Below, piece by piece: positions 39,740 to 53,861 of a DNA stretch of 64,000 nucleotides. The translations under genes and the position numbers were made by a program. The DNA is taken from positions 2,406,927-2,470,926 of the forward strand of contig MU053513.1 in the NCBI GenBank assembly GCA_013239625.1. Reading direction: 5' to 3'. Each line of letters opens with the position of its first letter. The first letter of the stretch is position 1. The DNA comes from Lama guanicoe (Eukaryota). Under the pieces are notes generated by a model, which saw only the letters and a list, made by a program, of their open reading frames with translations, was not told the DNA's origin and ran no database searches.

Positions 39740-40200
39740 TTTTTCTATCTCATTGTCTTTCTCATTCTTGGTGTTCCTTCCCCCATCTTTTCTTCATTCC
39801 TTGTGTTAGAGGAAGGCTTGTCCGTCCTCCTTTCAAAGGCTAAGCACCCACTCCCAGTTTCGGCTCAGTTTTCTCCTCTGGAGTCATGCCTGCTCAGTAA
39901 CTTAGCTTTCTCTTTCATCTTTAAGCTTCTTCTCAGCCCGTATGTTTGTTCCTGCCTCTATCACACCCTAAAAAAGTCCCCCAGGTACAATTCCAACTAA
40001 ACTATTGCTTCCCCTCACCATCAAAGTTCTCAAGCATGTAGTCTGCATTCTCTGCCTCCAGCACTCGATTTACCATTCACTCTGGCTCCTCCCTCTTCTT
40101 GTGACCTCGCCCTAACCGTGTCTCAGTTTACTTCTGATTCTGCTCGTTGGCTTCTGCTTCTCCTGACACCAGTCTCTCCCTAAATGATAGTTTCTACAGC
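39740..40200 (+). mobile_element. Decayed L2 internal fragment
   Basis: 'ttgtccgtcctcctttcaaaggctaa', 'aaagttctcaagcatgtagtctgcattctctgcctcca'. Confidence 0.5.
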
Positions 40201-40319
40201 CCTGCCCAAGTCTCACTTGGCATTCTTCTTTTTGCCTTATGTCTTCTGTTTTGTTGTGGCTTCTGCTTACTGTCTGCCTGATATCTGTGTGTCTGTGGGC
40301 TTTGGCGTCATTCTATCAT

Positions 40320-40396
40320 TATATGTGCGTGTGTGTGTATATATATATACACACACACACACATATAAATATATGTATATATACATACACACACAC
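40320..40396. repeat. Compound (TG)/(TA)/(CA) microsatellite
   Basis: Directly visible. Confidence 0.9.
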
Positions 40397-41708
40397 TTCA
40401 AGAGAGTATCAGATTGGTTGGCCAGTCATTCTCCAGTACAAATTGCCTGATTGGCCACATCTATTTTGTAAGATAAGCCCATAGGCTGACTCTGGGTGGA
40501 CCGCTGTTCCCTGATCCAATCATCTTGACCGGCACAGTGAGGTAGTGTGGGTACGAAGCTTGCTAACTATACAGAAGAAAGTTGTCAGAAATGAGCTGTG
40601 GGTAGAGGGTCTATGAAGCACTCAGAGTAAACCACAATTTAAATTTCCAGATTTGTGTTAGTTTGCAGTTCTGGCCATTTTTAGTAAAAGGATGTAAGTT
40701 GACTATTCTATGATATACATTATATCTGAACTGTCAGATTTTTTTAAAAAAAGTCTAAATATCAGTACTTTTAGTTTCAATTTCTTCGCAGTTTCTATGT
40801 CACATGAGTCTGAAATTCACCAAAGATTATCAGTCATATGGCTGTTTTCCTTTAAGATGTCAAAGAATAACGAGATTGATTCACAGAAAGTCACTGAATT
40901 TACAGCAGCTGAAACTTTTAAATTTCTAAGTTTTGTTATCTCTTTGTAGAAGGCAAGATTAAAAAATTCACTCGTACTTCGAAAGGCCAGATATATAGAG
41001 CTGACTAGAAAAGCTATTCTAAGCTACTTGACTCCTTTCCTGGACATGAACTGCATACACATTCCTTCTCCCACATCCCTGCCCCGATTTGCATGTGAAA
41101 TATAGTCATCACCAGAAAGATGAATACAGCATGTCAAAACATGATCTAGGACATTATTTCTCACTGCCTTATTTTTCCACAAATATTTCCATCTTCAAGC
41201 TTCAGCACAGCTTTCCACCTTATTTATTGCCGTATTTATGGTGTTTTCTCTGATTTCTATTAGCAGTCCTCAGTGAAACTGGTTATAGCACTTTTCTATT
41301 ATTTCTTGCACGATGCTTAAAAATTCATTCTTTAACACTGCCATTCTCATTCTCACTCTAGCTTAAGCATCTCGATTACAAAGTTATTTTAGGGTAAATT
41401 GAAGGTGAGTTTGCCAAGATGATAATGAAGAAAGGTATAAAGTTTCTTTTTTTTTTTAAGTAATTGAGAACTCTTGGCTTTCAAATGGTGTTAGAAGCCA
41501 GGGAAGATTCCAGGCACACCATCCATTTGGCTCTTGTCTGTCTCTCTGTCTATTAGAGAGAAGGTAATTTCTATCCAAGTCATTGAATTTCTTTTTAAAA
41601 AAATTACTTTTAATATGTTACTTGGATAAAAGATTATCTATTAAAAATAAGAAACCAAGGATTCAAATTATTTATAACTCCATTAACAGAAGGTAATAGG
41701 AATGTATC

Positions 41709-41738
41709 TGTGTGTGTGTGTGTGTATGTCTGTGTGTG
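41709..41738. repeat. Imperfect (TG)n microsatellite
   Basis: Directly visible. Confidence 0.9.
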
Positions 41739-44700
41739 CAGGGTGGCAGTTTAATTTTTCCAAATAATTGAATCACGCTGTACATATTTGCCAGTGATCC
41801 TAGCTCAATAATAAATCATAAACAAACACAGGACATTTTGACCCTGATGTCAATATTTAGCCTATATTTTTCCTAGCTTGATTTTTAGCAATGTTCAATG
41901 TTAGCAGCAAGTCAGTTATTGTCTATCACAAATTTTACTCTATGCTTTTTTGGTCCTTTTAGCTTTATTTTGTGCTGATTATTTATACCACTAACATTCC
42001 TTATAAATTGAAGAAATAAGAACCTCTTTGTTTTTATGTATATATGTGTAGAAAGCAATGGTAAAGCACGTGCTTCAGATCTCAGTGCTAGGCAAGGTTA
42101 AATAATGAATTTGAAACTTCCTTTTCCAAATCAGAACTTATATGTTTGAAGGAAGTAAGGCTCAGAGCCTTGCCCACCGGACTTTCTGCTCATCCTAAAG
42201 GGGTTCTTGGGGACATCACATAATTAATCTAGGAGCAATTAGTTAATTCTGGAGAAGAGCAGCCATTCTACTTAAGATGTTTTCATTTAGTTTGTTTATT
42301 ATAATTATTTATCAAGGTACTTTGTTAATACCTATACTAAATTTTTTGGTGGCAAAAAGCTTGATGGAACATAGGCTAACATGCTCATTTAACCAAACAT
42401 AAGGGAAAACTCACTGTTTGGAATATGAAGCCATAGCCCAGGTAACATTAAGGTATATCCTAATCGCAAGAATACTTAAAAGGTGAGAAAAAGCCTAAAA
42501 TTTTGTACTGACAAACACCATCCTGTTTTTTACAGAGCCAATGACATACCAGCTAGAGTTTAACCAGAGCATTGAAAGAGAAACCCAGTAAAATTATTCA
42601 AGCCTTGTGGTTTCTCCTTACTGAGCAGTGAAGATGCTTTAAAATCCTATCCGTTAATAATTTCATTCATTTTCTAGTGGATACCAAAATCTTGATGTTT
42701 AGAGAAACTTTATTTCTTCCATTCACTGAAAAATAAAATTTAGACCAAGATTGAATTGGAAAAGAAAATTTCTGGATAATGAAGTGTTTAGTTCCAGTAC
42801 CTAAGATCAATATACGACATTTGAATAGGGCATAAAGAGTTGGGTTTTTTCCTTTTGAAAGGGACAAAAGAGAAAACAAGATCGAGAGCCTCTCTGGCAA
42901 CGTAGGACTCTTCTTAAGGTGCAGAACGAGGGATGGGTTGTGAGGGACAAAGCAGCACAGCCATGCGAGGTGGCTGACTCTCCCCTCTCCTCCACGTGTC
43001 ATCTGTCCCAGCCTCCCCCTGCAACCGGTGTCTGAGACACACTTAGAGCACAGATAGAGACAATTTTGTCTCCAGCCAAAATCTGGAATCTCTTCTCGGT
43101 CCAAAACCAAAAGATACTTTCCTCCTAAAACTATAAATGCAGCCAGTCAATTGGAAATATATTCTACATGAATGCTTCAGGGAATTTTTTTAATGCAGAT
43201 AATTAGATCAATCTTGCCTTAATTTTGGTAGAAAATATGTTTTCTCTTCACGTTCTAAATTCTCAGATACACGAAATGATTATTATTATCACCAAGGAAT
43301 TTTTAGAAACGTGTTAAAAATCTTAACAAAGATCTATGCCAGCCGCCAGTCTTCCGAGTGAGTGTGCTTACTTTCCTGGCTCTCCTCTTCTCCCAGCAAG
43401 TGCAGGTCTTTAATTAAAGATGAACACAGCTCAGTAGTCTGTGCTTTCTCGGTGCACAGGGAATCCGAGAGCTAATGGGGGTAGCTTTATTAAAGCCTAG
43501 TTTTAATCATCTAGGATTCCACTGGGTGCTGAATTTGAATCATGCTTTTGTGTTTTTTGGTCTTGACTACTTATTTAAATATACTATTTACCTAATGAGT
43601 AATCAGAGGAACAAATTTTAGTCACAGGGATTCTGAAAGGCATATAAATCACCACTGTCTGCATTTTTATCTACACCCCCATAAAAACTTTAATTTTACA
43701 GATATAGTTGTCAGTGTTGAGCAAACAAATGCAGTCCAAGGTGCTAATAAATGCGTCTTCAAATTCACAATGATTACAACCTATGGGAAAGGTTATCTTC
43801 TGAAATATCTGACCCTTAGTGTTTTATGTTTTAAAGGTAATACTGAAACTTTCTTTATAAGTGTTTCATCTGGTATCAAATTAGTTACTTAAAACTAGTA
43901 AATCCAAATCTCTTCATTATAATATAGGCAAAACCCAAACCTTTTATCTACGACTAAATAAAAATGTTTGGTTGACTTCTCTGGGCAATCAATTTAAGCA
44001 ACTAAAATGTTCTCCCCTGAAATTACTATATTTACTTAGCTTTTTTCCCTCCAAAAGATTAAAAAAAATTATCCATCTTCAACTGCAATCTTGACATTGC
44101 ATATCACCACCCGCATGTTCTAATTCCATGATTGCACATATTTACACAAATTATATGATAAGATGCAATTACAATAATTATAGAGGAATAGGCAACAATT
44201 GAAAAAAGCCAAATTCCCGCTAAAATAACAGTAAATGATATGAAAATCATCAGACAAACCAATACAGAGAAAGAAATGTAAGATGAATAAAGGAATACAG
44301 GAGCAAATAAGCCAGGAAAATGCTTCAGTCTTAGCAAATGGAAATGTGTTAATGCCAAGAAATTTGAGGCTTTGGGTTTAAGGGTAAAGTTCTTTCTCCT
44401 CTAAAGTTGGTTCCCAGTCCTATACCATGAATGTTTAACATCTTGACTTTCCTAAACATGTTATAACTACAGAAACTTTTTCCTTGCTGATGTTTTGTTC
44501 ATTCAAAGAGGAGGAATAAGTATCAAAGTGATAAAAACAGGAACACACTGTAGACAACAATATGGAATTTTAGTTAGTGAAGAGCAAGTCTTGCTATGAT
44601 CCTCTTGTCTGTTTTTTTATAAGCTGTCTCCAAGCAGACATCTCATTTTCAAGAATATTGAGAATATTGTTTGTCCAATTCATTTTCCTTTTTGAAAAGT

Positions 44701-44984
44701 ATGTTTGTAAGACAAATTATGCACCTGATACATGTGAACGCTCTATAAATTGTCCTCTAGTATATTTTATTTGTATCCCAATTTCTCACTTTGTTTTCTA
44801 TTTCAGACAAATATCCTTAATATAAACATTGGGAAGGTTGCCTCTTTGGTTTCTTTTGCAGATTTTGCTAGATCTGAAATCAGGTCTTGCCAGCTGATGA
44901 CAGTACAAAATTAACATTCTGACATACCAGAATTCCTCACGAAGAAGCTTAGATTTATCCTTCAATCTAGTTGATTCATGATTT

Positions 44985-45180
44985 CTATATGTCCCAGGTA
45001 CTTATTCACACTCTATTTTATGTAATATTTCACAAGAAGCCTGCAAGGTGATCTTTTACTTGAATTGAATTCCCACTTTATACATGAAGATACTGAGGCT
45101 TTGAGAGCTGAGGTACAGAGGTAGGTGTCAGAGGTAGAAAGCAGTTAAGCCAGGATTTGACGTCTGGGCTCCCTGAAGCA
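44985..45180 (-). mobile_element. MIR SINE
   Basis: 'ttcccactttatacatgaagatactgaggctt...agccaggatttgacgtctgggctc'. Confidence 0.7.
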
Positions 45181-45559
45181 TTTATACACTTACTGACTGC
45201 GGACACTGCATAGATGTGAGGTTGTGGGGATGTAAAGATGCATTTGACATGGTCACTGCCCTTGAGGCACGTCATGTCTTACAGGTTACAGAGACACAAA
45301 TTTCAGTAATTTCATATAAAATGGAAAATGCTGAGAGAGGCCTGAAATGGGTTTCTAAACACATTATTAGATGCCTCATGCATTTTACTGTACAGGAGTC
45401 TGGTTTTAATAAACAGTCGTGATGATTTAAAGTAGGGTTAAATCAGATTCTTTAAGACGTGAAACATATAATTTCAGAAAATAAAATGTCAATTTCTTAG
45501 AGAATCAAAGCTGTCTGTAGAATTGTAAATTCACTGATTCACTGATTAAATGATTCATA

Positions 45560-45960
45560 GAGTGAATTCATTCATTAAGGAATGATCATGAAGTACCTCT
45601 GAGCCAGGTATGCAGCAGGCTTTGCAGATGCAAGGTGAATAAGGAAGACTGGCATCCTGCTGTCATGAAGATTACAGACATTCCAAACTCCCCAACAGAG
45701 TGTGTTCAGGGGCCCCGGAGCACACAGGAAGTGCTCTAACCCAGATGTTCTGGAGGGAGGGAGGGATGGCTAAGCAGAGATTATGAAGTAGCCAAGCAAA
45801 GAGGAGAGGTATGATCCCGGAAGTCTGGAGGCAATTTGTTGTGTAAAAGTCTTGAGAAGAAAGACAGCATGGCAAAAATAAGAACCTGAGAGAAATTTCA
45901 TCTGCTTGGAGCCTTCGGTGAGAAGGGGAAATGGTGAGAGGTAATAAGTAGTATCATCAG
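45560..45960 (-). mobile_element. L2 3' part
   Basis: 'aattcattcatt...ctctgagccaggt...gtgaataag', 'agaaagacagcatggcaaa'. Confidence 0.6.
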
Positions 45961-46669
45961 AAAGGAAGTCCAGTGCATTAAAAGCGGGTTTTAGGCTAAT
46001 CACGCATGGGGAAATATCGCCCCCTAGGCTCTGCGGGCCGTCTTGCATGTTGGAAATAGCTCATGTGTTGCCGTAGTAGAAATATAATGCACTAAATTAA
46101 TGGTTTTAGTATTCCTGGGTAATCGGATATATGAAAAGAATAACAAAATATAAAGGAGAGGACTGGGACTATCTTGGGACTAAAACTAAGGTGAACCAAG
46201 GATATCCACTCATCTGGAGTCCACTAAGTGAAGCAGTTGAAGCCTGAGCTCAAACATCCCTCCCCATGCTTAATAAGGAGCAAAACCTCATATAAATGAA
46301 GCACACAGTGACCAAGACTAGGGTAACGTGGAGTGGAACCTCAGGGCGAGTTGGAGGACTTTGCGTTCAGGACAAAGAGTGAGATCACATGGGGAAGCAC
46401 TTGGGTGGCCAACGGAAGGGGCTGCCCAGAGCCTGGTGATGTAAGAAACTGCAGAGAAGGACTTTCTCTCGCCAGTGTAGTTGCAGGTAGTGAAAATCAG
46501 TGAAATGTCTTGTCACCATCACCCGTCAGAAAGGCCTCATCTTAGACTTAGTGGCTTCTATGAGTTGGCCTGGGCTACTAGCAAATCTGACAGCCCGCTG
46601 CCTCTGTCGTCCTTCCTGTCCCTTGCTGACACCAAAGATAGTTGGGCATGTTCAGAGACAAGAGTAACT

Positions 46670-47215
46670 CACAGAGGGCTAGGGTAGTAAGCAGGGTCAA
46701 GGTCATAACTAAATCCTAAAAGCCATGTTAAGGATTTTATCCTAAGAACAGAAACCCAACAAGTTGGTGCAGAGATGACCAGAGAGTTGAGTTTTAGGAA
46801 GATCACTCTGGTGGTAATGGATTAAAAGGGGCGAAAGGATGGAAGGACACAGGAATTCTAGAGTCATGTTGAAGGAGTCAGTGGAGGAATGATGGCGGTC
46901 TCTTCTAGATGGCACGAGTGGGGATGCAGAAAGTGTGACGGGTGACTGACTGGTGTGTGTAGCATCTGAGATGGCAGAATCCAAGGATGATACCTAGACA
47001 TATGATTTTGGAAACTGGCTTAACAGTGATTAACAGGAAATAGAAATAGCAAAACACTAGTAAAGGAAGGAGAAGGCTGAGATGATGAGTTTTCTTTAGA
47101 ACATGCTGAATTAGGGTACCTGTGGGGCATTTAAGGGAATGTGGGTCGTACGTAGTTGGAGATGCAGATTTGCAGTTTAGGAGAGAGACCTGGGGGTGGA
47201 GATACAGATAGCTGT
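46670..47215 (-). mobile_element. L2 internal fragment
   Basis: 'agccatgttaaggattttatcctaag', 'ttttaggaagatcactctgg', 'gatgatgagttttctttagaacatgctgaatt', 'ggagagagacctgggggtggagatacagat'. Confidence 0.85.
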
Positions 47216-48774
47216 CCTGCATTAATCACACACACTTCTAAGCAACAAGAGACAAGTTCAAGTTCCAAACACATATGCCTTACTATTTAGGAGAACTTTC
47301 TGTTTATACTTCATCTTATCAATTAGAAGTGGCTTCAGCAAATTCTCGTCATTCTTGTACTCAACCATCAAAAAATTACAGGAGAACTACTATATTTAAT
47401 GATAGTATTCCTCTAAAATTCAACACTTTAAGTGGCATTAATTCTCTTTTCCCATCTTGTACAGACTTTCAAGAATAAATTCTCTGATCAGGAAGTTCAA
47501 AAGTTCACATATTATTTTAACTGCCTTTCTCAACTTAAATTCTCACTTCACCATTTGTACCAGTCATGAACGATTTTATCACTTTATTTCCCCCAGGGAG
47601 GAAATGATTCCTGAGAGGGGCTGCCAACAAAAACCAGTGTGAGAAACCTTAGTGAGAGTGCCTTTATTCTAGAAGCTCTTGGAAAGTCCACTTTGGTTAG
47701 GGGGTGCGTCTCTTTTCTTGTCATAGTCTCCATCACAAAAGGGCTTTTAACTTGGCTATATTACTGCCCAGTAGACAGGAGTTTTGGCAGGCAATTTTTT
47801 TTTCACATTAGCATGGAATTTTTTGTGTCTAGATAATAGCTTAAGTATCAGTTGCTGCTGCTCAGTTAAGAAAAAATAGAAAGAAGGGACTCATTATGGC
47901 TTTTCCTCCCCCAAAATGATGAATACATTTAAGACAAGAGCATTCTGCTTCCTTTGAAAAAGTTAGGTCATGCTAACTTTCTGCATGCTTAGGAGAATAT
48001 GGTAGTTGGGCAACAACACTATAAAAGGCACTTCTCTTGTTAACACCAGCTAAAAATCACTCGACTTCAAGGAAAAATTGCAGCAAATGAAAGAAAGGAA
48101 TGTATCACTCGCCTCCTCCAAAGCTTCCTGTACACATCAAACAAATCAAAACATGCCCAAGTACATTTATGAAGAAGATTGTTTTGATAATCCACGCATG
48201 AACCCCAATTTGCAAAAAGCTGACTTAAGAAAATAAGACATTATTCCATGGAAAATAACTTTTCAATACAGAATAGAAGTTTTGTCTTTATAATTGGAAG
48301 AATTCTTTTTCTTCCTTATCAAAGCACAGAATTTTAAAATTTTTCACAGAACTCAGTAAGAAAGATCCCTTCCCCCAATCACAGTATCTTGAGAGTTAGT
48401 GAAAGATTTGGACACAAGCACACTGCGGAGAAATACACTCTTTCTGACTCCACTGGCACTTGCTTATGCCTTTTGTCTCTATGCAGATCAGGGAGGGTGG
48501 ATGTCAGGACCTGACCAATGTGGCAGGAAATGGGCACCACCGCTATTCACCTGGTGTTAGGAGGAGCTGCTGGACAGTTTGGTTCCAAGACAACAAACAT
48601 GAAATGTCTGAGCTGGAAGGAGTCTATTCTTTCCACATTCGGGAAATGCCCCATAACTGATTCCTCTAAGTGATTATTCCTCCATGCCAGCCTTGGCCAA
48701 AAATAGCTCTACCCCTACATGAAGGGTACGCAGGATTTTCTGCCAAACTCCACAGGAAACAAACAACGCTCTTT

Positions 48775-49240
48775 AGCTTTTTATTCACTTTTAACAGAGG
48801 TTAACATATAGAAAGATGCATAAATAGTAAGAGTACGCTCAATGAATTTTCACAGAGTGAACACACCCATGGAAACAGCAGCCTGATCAAGAAGCAGAGC
48901 ATTGTCAGCCTCCCAGGGGCCCTGCCTTGGCTTCTACTCGCAGCCCCTCCTCCAAGGATAAACACTAATCTGTCTTCTTACAACACAGATTGATTGAGCC
49001 TATCACTGAACTTGATTTAAAAGGAATCGTATAGTTTGCATCTTCGTAAATGACTCTCTTGATTCAACATCATGCTTGTCAGATTCACTCACCCAGTGAG
49101 CCTTGGTAGTTCGTCCAGTCTTGCTGCGTGTGGTGTTCCATTTTGAATATATCCCAATGTATCTGTTCAAATATTGATGGACATTGGGTTTATTATAAGC
49201 AGGATTGCTGTGAACATTCTTGTAGCTGTCTTTTAATGAC
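48775..49240 (-). mobile_element. L1ME-like 3' end
   Basis: 'ctcaatgaattttcacagagtgaacacacccatg...gatcaagaagcagagcatt', 'ttgatggacattgg', 'gctgtgaacattcttgta'. Confidence 0.8.
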
Positions 49241-49535
49241 TGTGTTGGTGCCGGTCACGAGGCCCCATAACCATGAGTTGGAATCCCTTCCCCTCCCTCC
49301 TCCCACCTGAGACTCTGATGGAACCTTCTCTTTGTAATGGCCAGATCTCCCAGTGACGTCAAGGACGTGTGTAATAAACTTTCTCTCTTTTTACCATCTG
49401 ACGTTTATTCATCCACCCAGGAAAATTACTCTTTGCCTATTTACGACCCACATATTCGGGTGGGGCTTCTCCCTGGAATAAGCCAGGAGCCTGTGGACGA
49501 GGACAACTGGAGCATCCCACTGCTGTTTCGTATTA

Positions 49536-51920
49536 CTTTTGTAACAGCTTTATTGAAATATAATTCACATGCCATACAATTCACCTTCCTAAAGTGCGCC
49601 CTTCCGTGGTTTTCAGTGTAGGCATACATTTTATTGTGCTTGGCTTTACAGTGTTTCACAGGTTTTTTTTTTTCTTACAAACTGGAGGTTTGTGGCAGCC
49701 TTGCATGGGGCAAGTCTATTGGCGCCATTTTCCAACAGCATTTGCTCACTTTGTGTCTCTGTGTTACATTCTGGTAATTCTTGCAATATTTCAAACCCTC
49801 CACCAGCAAAAATCTTATGACTCACTGAAGGTTCAGATAACGGTTACCATTTTTAGCAATAAAATATTTTAAAAATTAAGGCATGTACATAGTTCTTTTT
49901 GACTCAAAGGTAGTGCACAATAGAGGGTAAACACACCTTTAATATGCACCCAGAAACCTAAAAATTCATGTGGCTCCCTTTTCTTTGGTATTTGCTTTAA
50001 TGTGGTGTTCTGGAACTGAACCCACAGTATCTCTGAGGTATGCCTGTATATTCAGAGATATGTGAAACCATCACCACAGTCTGTCTTTCAACATTTTCAT
50101 CATCTCAAAAAGGAATCCCATATCCGCTGGCTGTCGCCCTCTTAGCTACCAATCCCCCTCCAAGCCCTGAGAAATCACTCATTTACTGTTTCTATGGATT
50201 TGCCTATCTGAACATTTCTCCGAAATAGAATGACATAGTATGTGGCTTCCTGTGACTGGCTCCTTTAACTTAGCTTGATGGTTTCATGGCTCATCCACAT
50301 GGAAGCGGGTATCAGTACTTCATTCTTTCTATGGCCAAATAATATTCAATTGTATAAGACATGCCACGTGTTGTTTATTCACTGGTCAGTTAACAGATAT
50401 TTAGGTTGTTTCCACATTTGGGCTGTCATAAATAATAATGCTGCAAACATTTACGATGAGTGTGTTTGTAGCTAGATATGTTCACTTACATTGATATATA
50501 CCTAGGAATGGAATTGCTGGGACATGCGGTAATTCTATGTGTGACCATTTGAGAAATTGCCAGATTGCTTTCCAAAGTACTAGCACCATTTTATATTCCC
50601 ACTGGCCGTCTAAGAGGGTCCCAATTTCTTCACACCCTTGCCAACACTTCCTATCATCTGTCTTTTTCAAACAGCCATCCTAGAGGGTATGAGATACATC
50701 CTAGGGTGTTATCTTGTGATTCTGATCCACATTTCTCTGATGACTAATGATGTCAGGAATCTTTTCATGCGTTCATTGTCTATTTATATATCTTCTTTGC
50801 AAATGTGTCTATTTAGATCCTTTGTCCATTAAAATTTTTTTTTTATTGTTGAGTTGTGAGAGTTCTTTATATACTCTGGATATAAGTCTCTAATCAGATA
50901 TATGAATGGAAAATCTTTTCTCCAATTCTGCAGGTGTCTTTTCACTCTCTTGATAGTATCCTTTGAATTATAGAAAATTTTAATTTTGATGAAGACCAAT
51001 TTATTTTTTCTTTCGTTTCTCATGCTTTTGGTATCATAAGAATTCATTGCTAAATCCAAGGTCATGCAGATTTATTCCTTAATTTCCTTCTAAGAGTTTT
51101 GTAGATTAACATTTACATATATCTTACATTTAGATCTCTGAACCACTTTGAGTTAATTTTTTAAATAGATATGAGGAAAGGGTTCAATTTCATTCTTTCA
51201 TATGAAATGATTCAGTCATCTCAACATCATCTATTGAAAAGACTATTCTTTCTCCAATGGTCTTAACACTGTTGTTAAAATCAGTTGACCATGGACACAT
51301 GGGCTTCAGTTTGCACTCTCATTTCTATTCCATTGACCTGTATGGCTATCACTAAGCCAGTAACACACTGTTTTGATTATTCTCATTTTGTAGTATGTTT
51401 TGAAATGGGAAAGTTTTGGAATTTGAAAGCCACCAATTTGTTCTTGTTTTTCAAGATTGTTTTGGTTATTCTGGGTCCCCTGCAATTTTTTAATTCTAAA
51501 ATCAGCTCATCAATTTGTACAAAGAAGCCAGCTGGGATTCCAGTAAGGGTTGCACTGAGTCTGAACATCAACTTTGGGAGTACTGTCAACTTAACAATAT
51601 TAAGACATATGATCCATGAACATGGGATGTTTTCCATTTATCTAGATCTTCTTTAATTTCTTTCAACAATGTTTTATAGTTTTCAGAATATAGGTGCTGC
51701 ATTTCTTTTGTTAAATTTATTTCTAAATATTTTATTCTTTTTGATGCAATTGTAAGTGAAATTATTTCTTTCATTTCATTTTCAGATTGTTCATTGTAAT
51801 TGAATGGAAATGAAATTGACTTTTGTGTATTGATCTTGTATCCTGCAACTTTGCTGAACTTGTTTATTAGTTAACAGTTTTTAGTATACTCCTTAGGACT
51901 TTCTTTATATAAGATCTGCA
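49536..51920 (-). mobile_element. L1 (L1MB-like) 3' part, interrupted by a Tigger1-derived MITE
   Basis: Minus-strand ORF2 peptides 'IPCSWI..LNIVKLTVLPKLMFR' and 'TIASKRIKYLEINLTKE...LYSENYKTLLKEIKEDL'; 3' end 'aacagctttattgaaatataattcacatgccata'. Confidence 0.93.
49619..50046 (+). mobile_element. Tigger1 internal-deletion derivative (TcMar-Tigger MITE; Tigger1a_Art-like)
   Basis: Termini (T)AGGCATAC...GTATGCCTG with TA on the right (TG on the left); Tigger1 left-end ('tggaggtttgtggcagccttgca') and right-end ('ccaccagcaaaa...tgactcactgaagg', 'ggaactgaacccacagtatctctgagg') sequence; no transposase. Confidence 0.9.
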
Positions 51921-52679
51921 TCCTTTAAAAAAATTTCTTAGAGAAACATAATCACAGCAAAGAGGAAACCAGGTAAGTTCAATGTATCATTTTCTAACAA
52001 TTTTCTGGAGATGGACAGATAGCATCCTCTGACCCTAAGGAATACTCTGCAAAGGAATTCAGTGGAGAAGGAATGCATTTTGTTTTCTCAGTTGACTGTA
52101 CAATCAGGCTGGAAAAAAATCATATGTAATATTTTGCAATTAGAAATAGGTTATTCCATTTTATTTGGGCACCTAATGAGCATACTGAAAAGAATTAAAA
52201 ATAAGCCTTATAATAAAGTGATAAAGCAAAATTCAAATTGATGAAGACACTCTGGCAACTTTCTAAAAGAATACATAGGATTTTATTTGCTACACTAGGC
52301 AAAAGATCAGGAAAATGTTATCCAGTTCAGAAGACCAGTGTAATGGAGTTTCTCTGCAAGTAGCAAATCCATTCATAGTCAGCACAGAACATTTCTCATT
52401 CAATAGGTCTTATATTCCCGAAGTGCCCTGTTCTCTTGTTTCTTGTTATTTCTCGGCAGTTTCTGAATGTACCATAATCTATCCTCATGTTTTGCAGATA
52501 CAATGTTTGATGTCTTGTAATAAAAACTCTAAAATAATACTATAGTAGACTATGAGATCATATATCACCACAGTCTGGCCCAAATTGTTCCACATCAAAA
52601 CAGGTTTTAACCACACAGTGGGGAACACTGCCGTACTCTTCAAAGAAATAAACCCAACCCTGGGCTAAGGCGGTCTCAC

Positions 52680-52698
52680 TGCTGCCCCCTCGTGGCAG
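52680..52698 (-). promoter_or_regulatory. Candidate CTCF binding site
   Basis: Minus strand reads CTGCCACGAGGGGGCAGCA, close to the CTCF core CCASYAGRKGGCRS; outside any recognised repeat; binding not shown. Confidence 0.5.
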
Positions 52699-53861
52699 AT
52701 GTGGAGAGAGGACATAGGTGGGTAAAGGCTGAAGCAACTAGGCTCCTTCAACCCTGATTGGGAAAAGTACTGAAAGGCTGACCAGTGTGCTGCCATATAC
52801 AGTAAGACCTTTTATTCTACCAAAAAGACATTGAGGGCTAAGAAAGTAAGATGGACCTCATGAAGACACAGTTATTATGTCCTGGAAGTATCTTATGGCC
52901 CTGTTGTGGATGTGTATAACTATACCAATTATCATTTTAATTTCGTCAGAAGAGGACATCGGAATTAATGTACCACAAACACTTACTGCAACTATTCCAT
53001 TTCCTCAACCTCTGTGACCTAAAGCAAAACATTTTCTCATTCAAAACTACTGAGGACCATTATAAAACATTTATTTGAAAATTACACCGACATCTGATGA
53101 GGCTAATAATGTGCTCACTGTAAACATGTTATTTCCTAAAACACTGATGTTCTGAGCAAACATTAATCCATAAGTCTGTTCCTAATTCATTATCTGAATT
53201 AATTACATATTTAGATAATTCCCAACAAACCAATGTTATCAAACTATGGGAAATATTCATCAGCAATAAACACATCTAAATGTGATTTTTTAAATCACTG
53301 AGGAAATAAGAAACATATATTTAAGAAAAATTATTCCAATTTGCAAAGTGGAAAAATGAAATATTTGAAATGATAATTGTTTTTCTCAGTTTGTTCACTG
53401 TTGAAATTAGACTGACCACTTTCTTGCTTTCATTTTATTCGTTGTAAGAATATTCAATTGCTTTGGCCAGGTATCAAGGGGACTTATTAAAATGCTAGAA
53501 GGAAACATACAAATAATTGGTTCCTTTTTATGGCAGATTTGATAAACTTTTTTTTTTCACAAAAATATGCTCTAATTCTGGGCTAACACCAAATATTTCT
53601 TCGAGAAATGAGTATTTCTACTATATGGTGACCTACACAATTTTTAATAACTACAGTTTGGAATGAGTATAAGATACTGGGTATTACTTATGATTGTGGT
53701 GGGAGCACCAATCATAATCGTATAATTTCACTTCTCAAACAAATTCCAACACTTATCCCAATCCAACCCACTTTTATCACATATTTATCACCTGCAAAGT
53801 GCTTTGGTAGCATTTTATTTTGCTATTTATAAGTAAATTTAAATTTTTTTACATGATGGAC

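Noticed and set aside
42667..43110. 147-aa minus-strand ORF in a repeat-poor region
   Set aside because: Non-ATG start, no recognisable domain or splice structure.
53688..53717. 12-bp bulged hairpin with GGAG loop
   Set aside because: Short and AT-rich; expected by chance in 64 kb.
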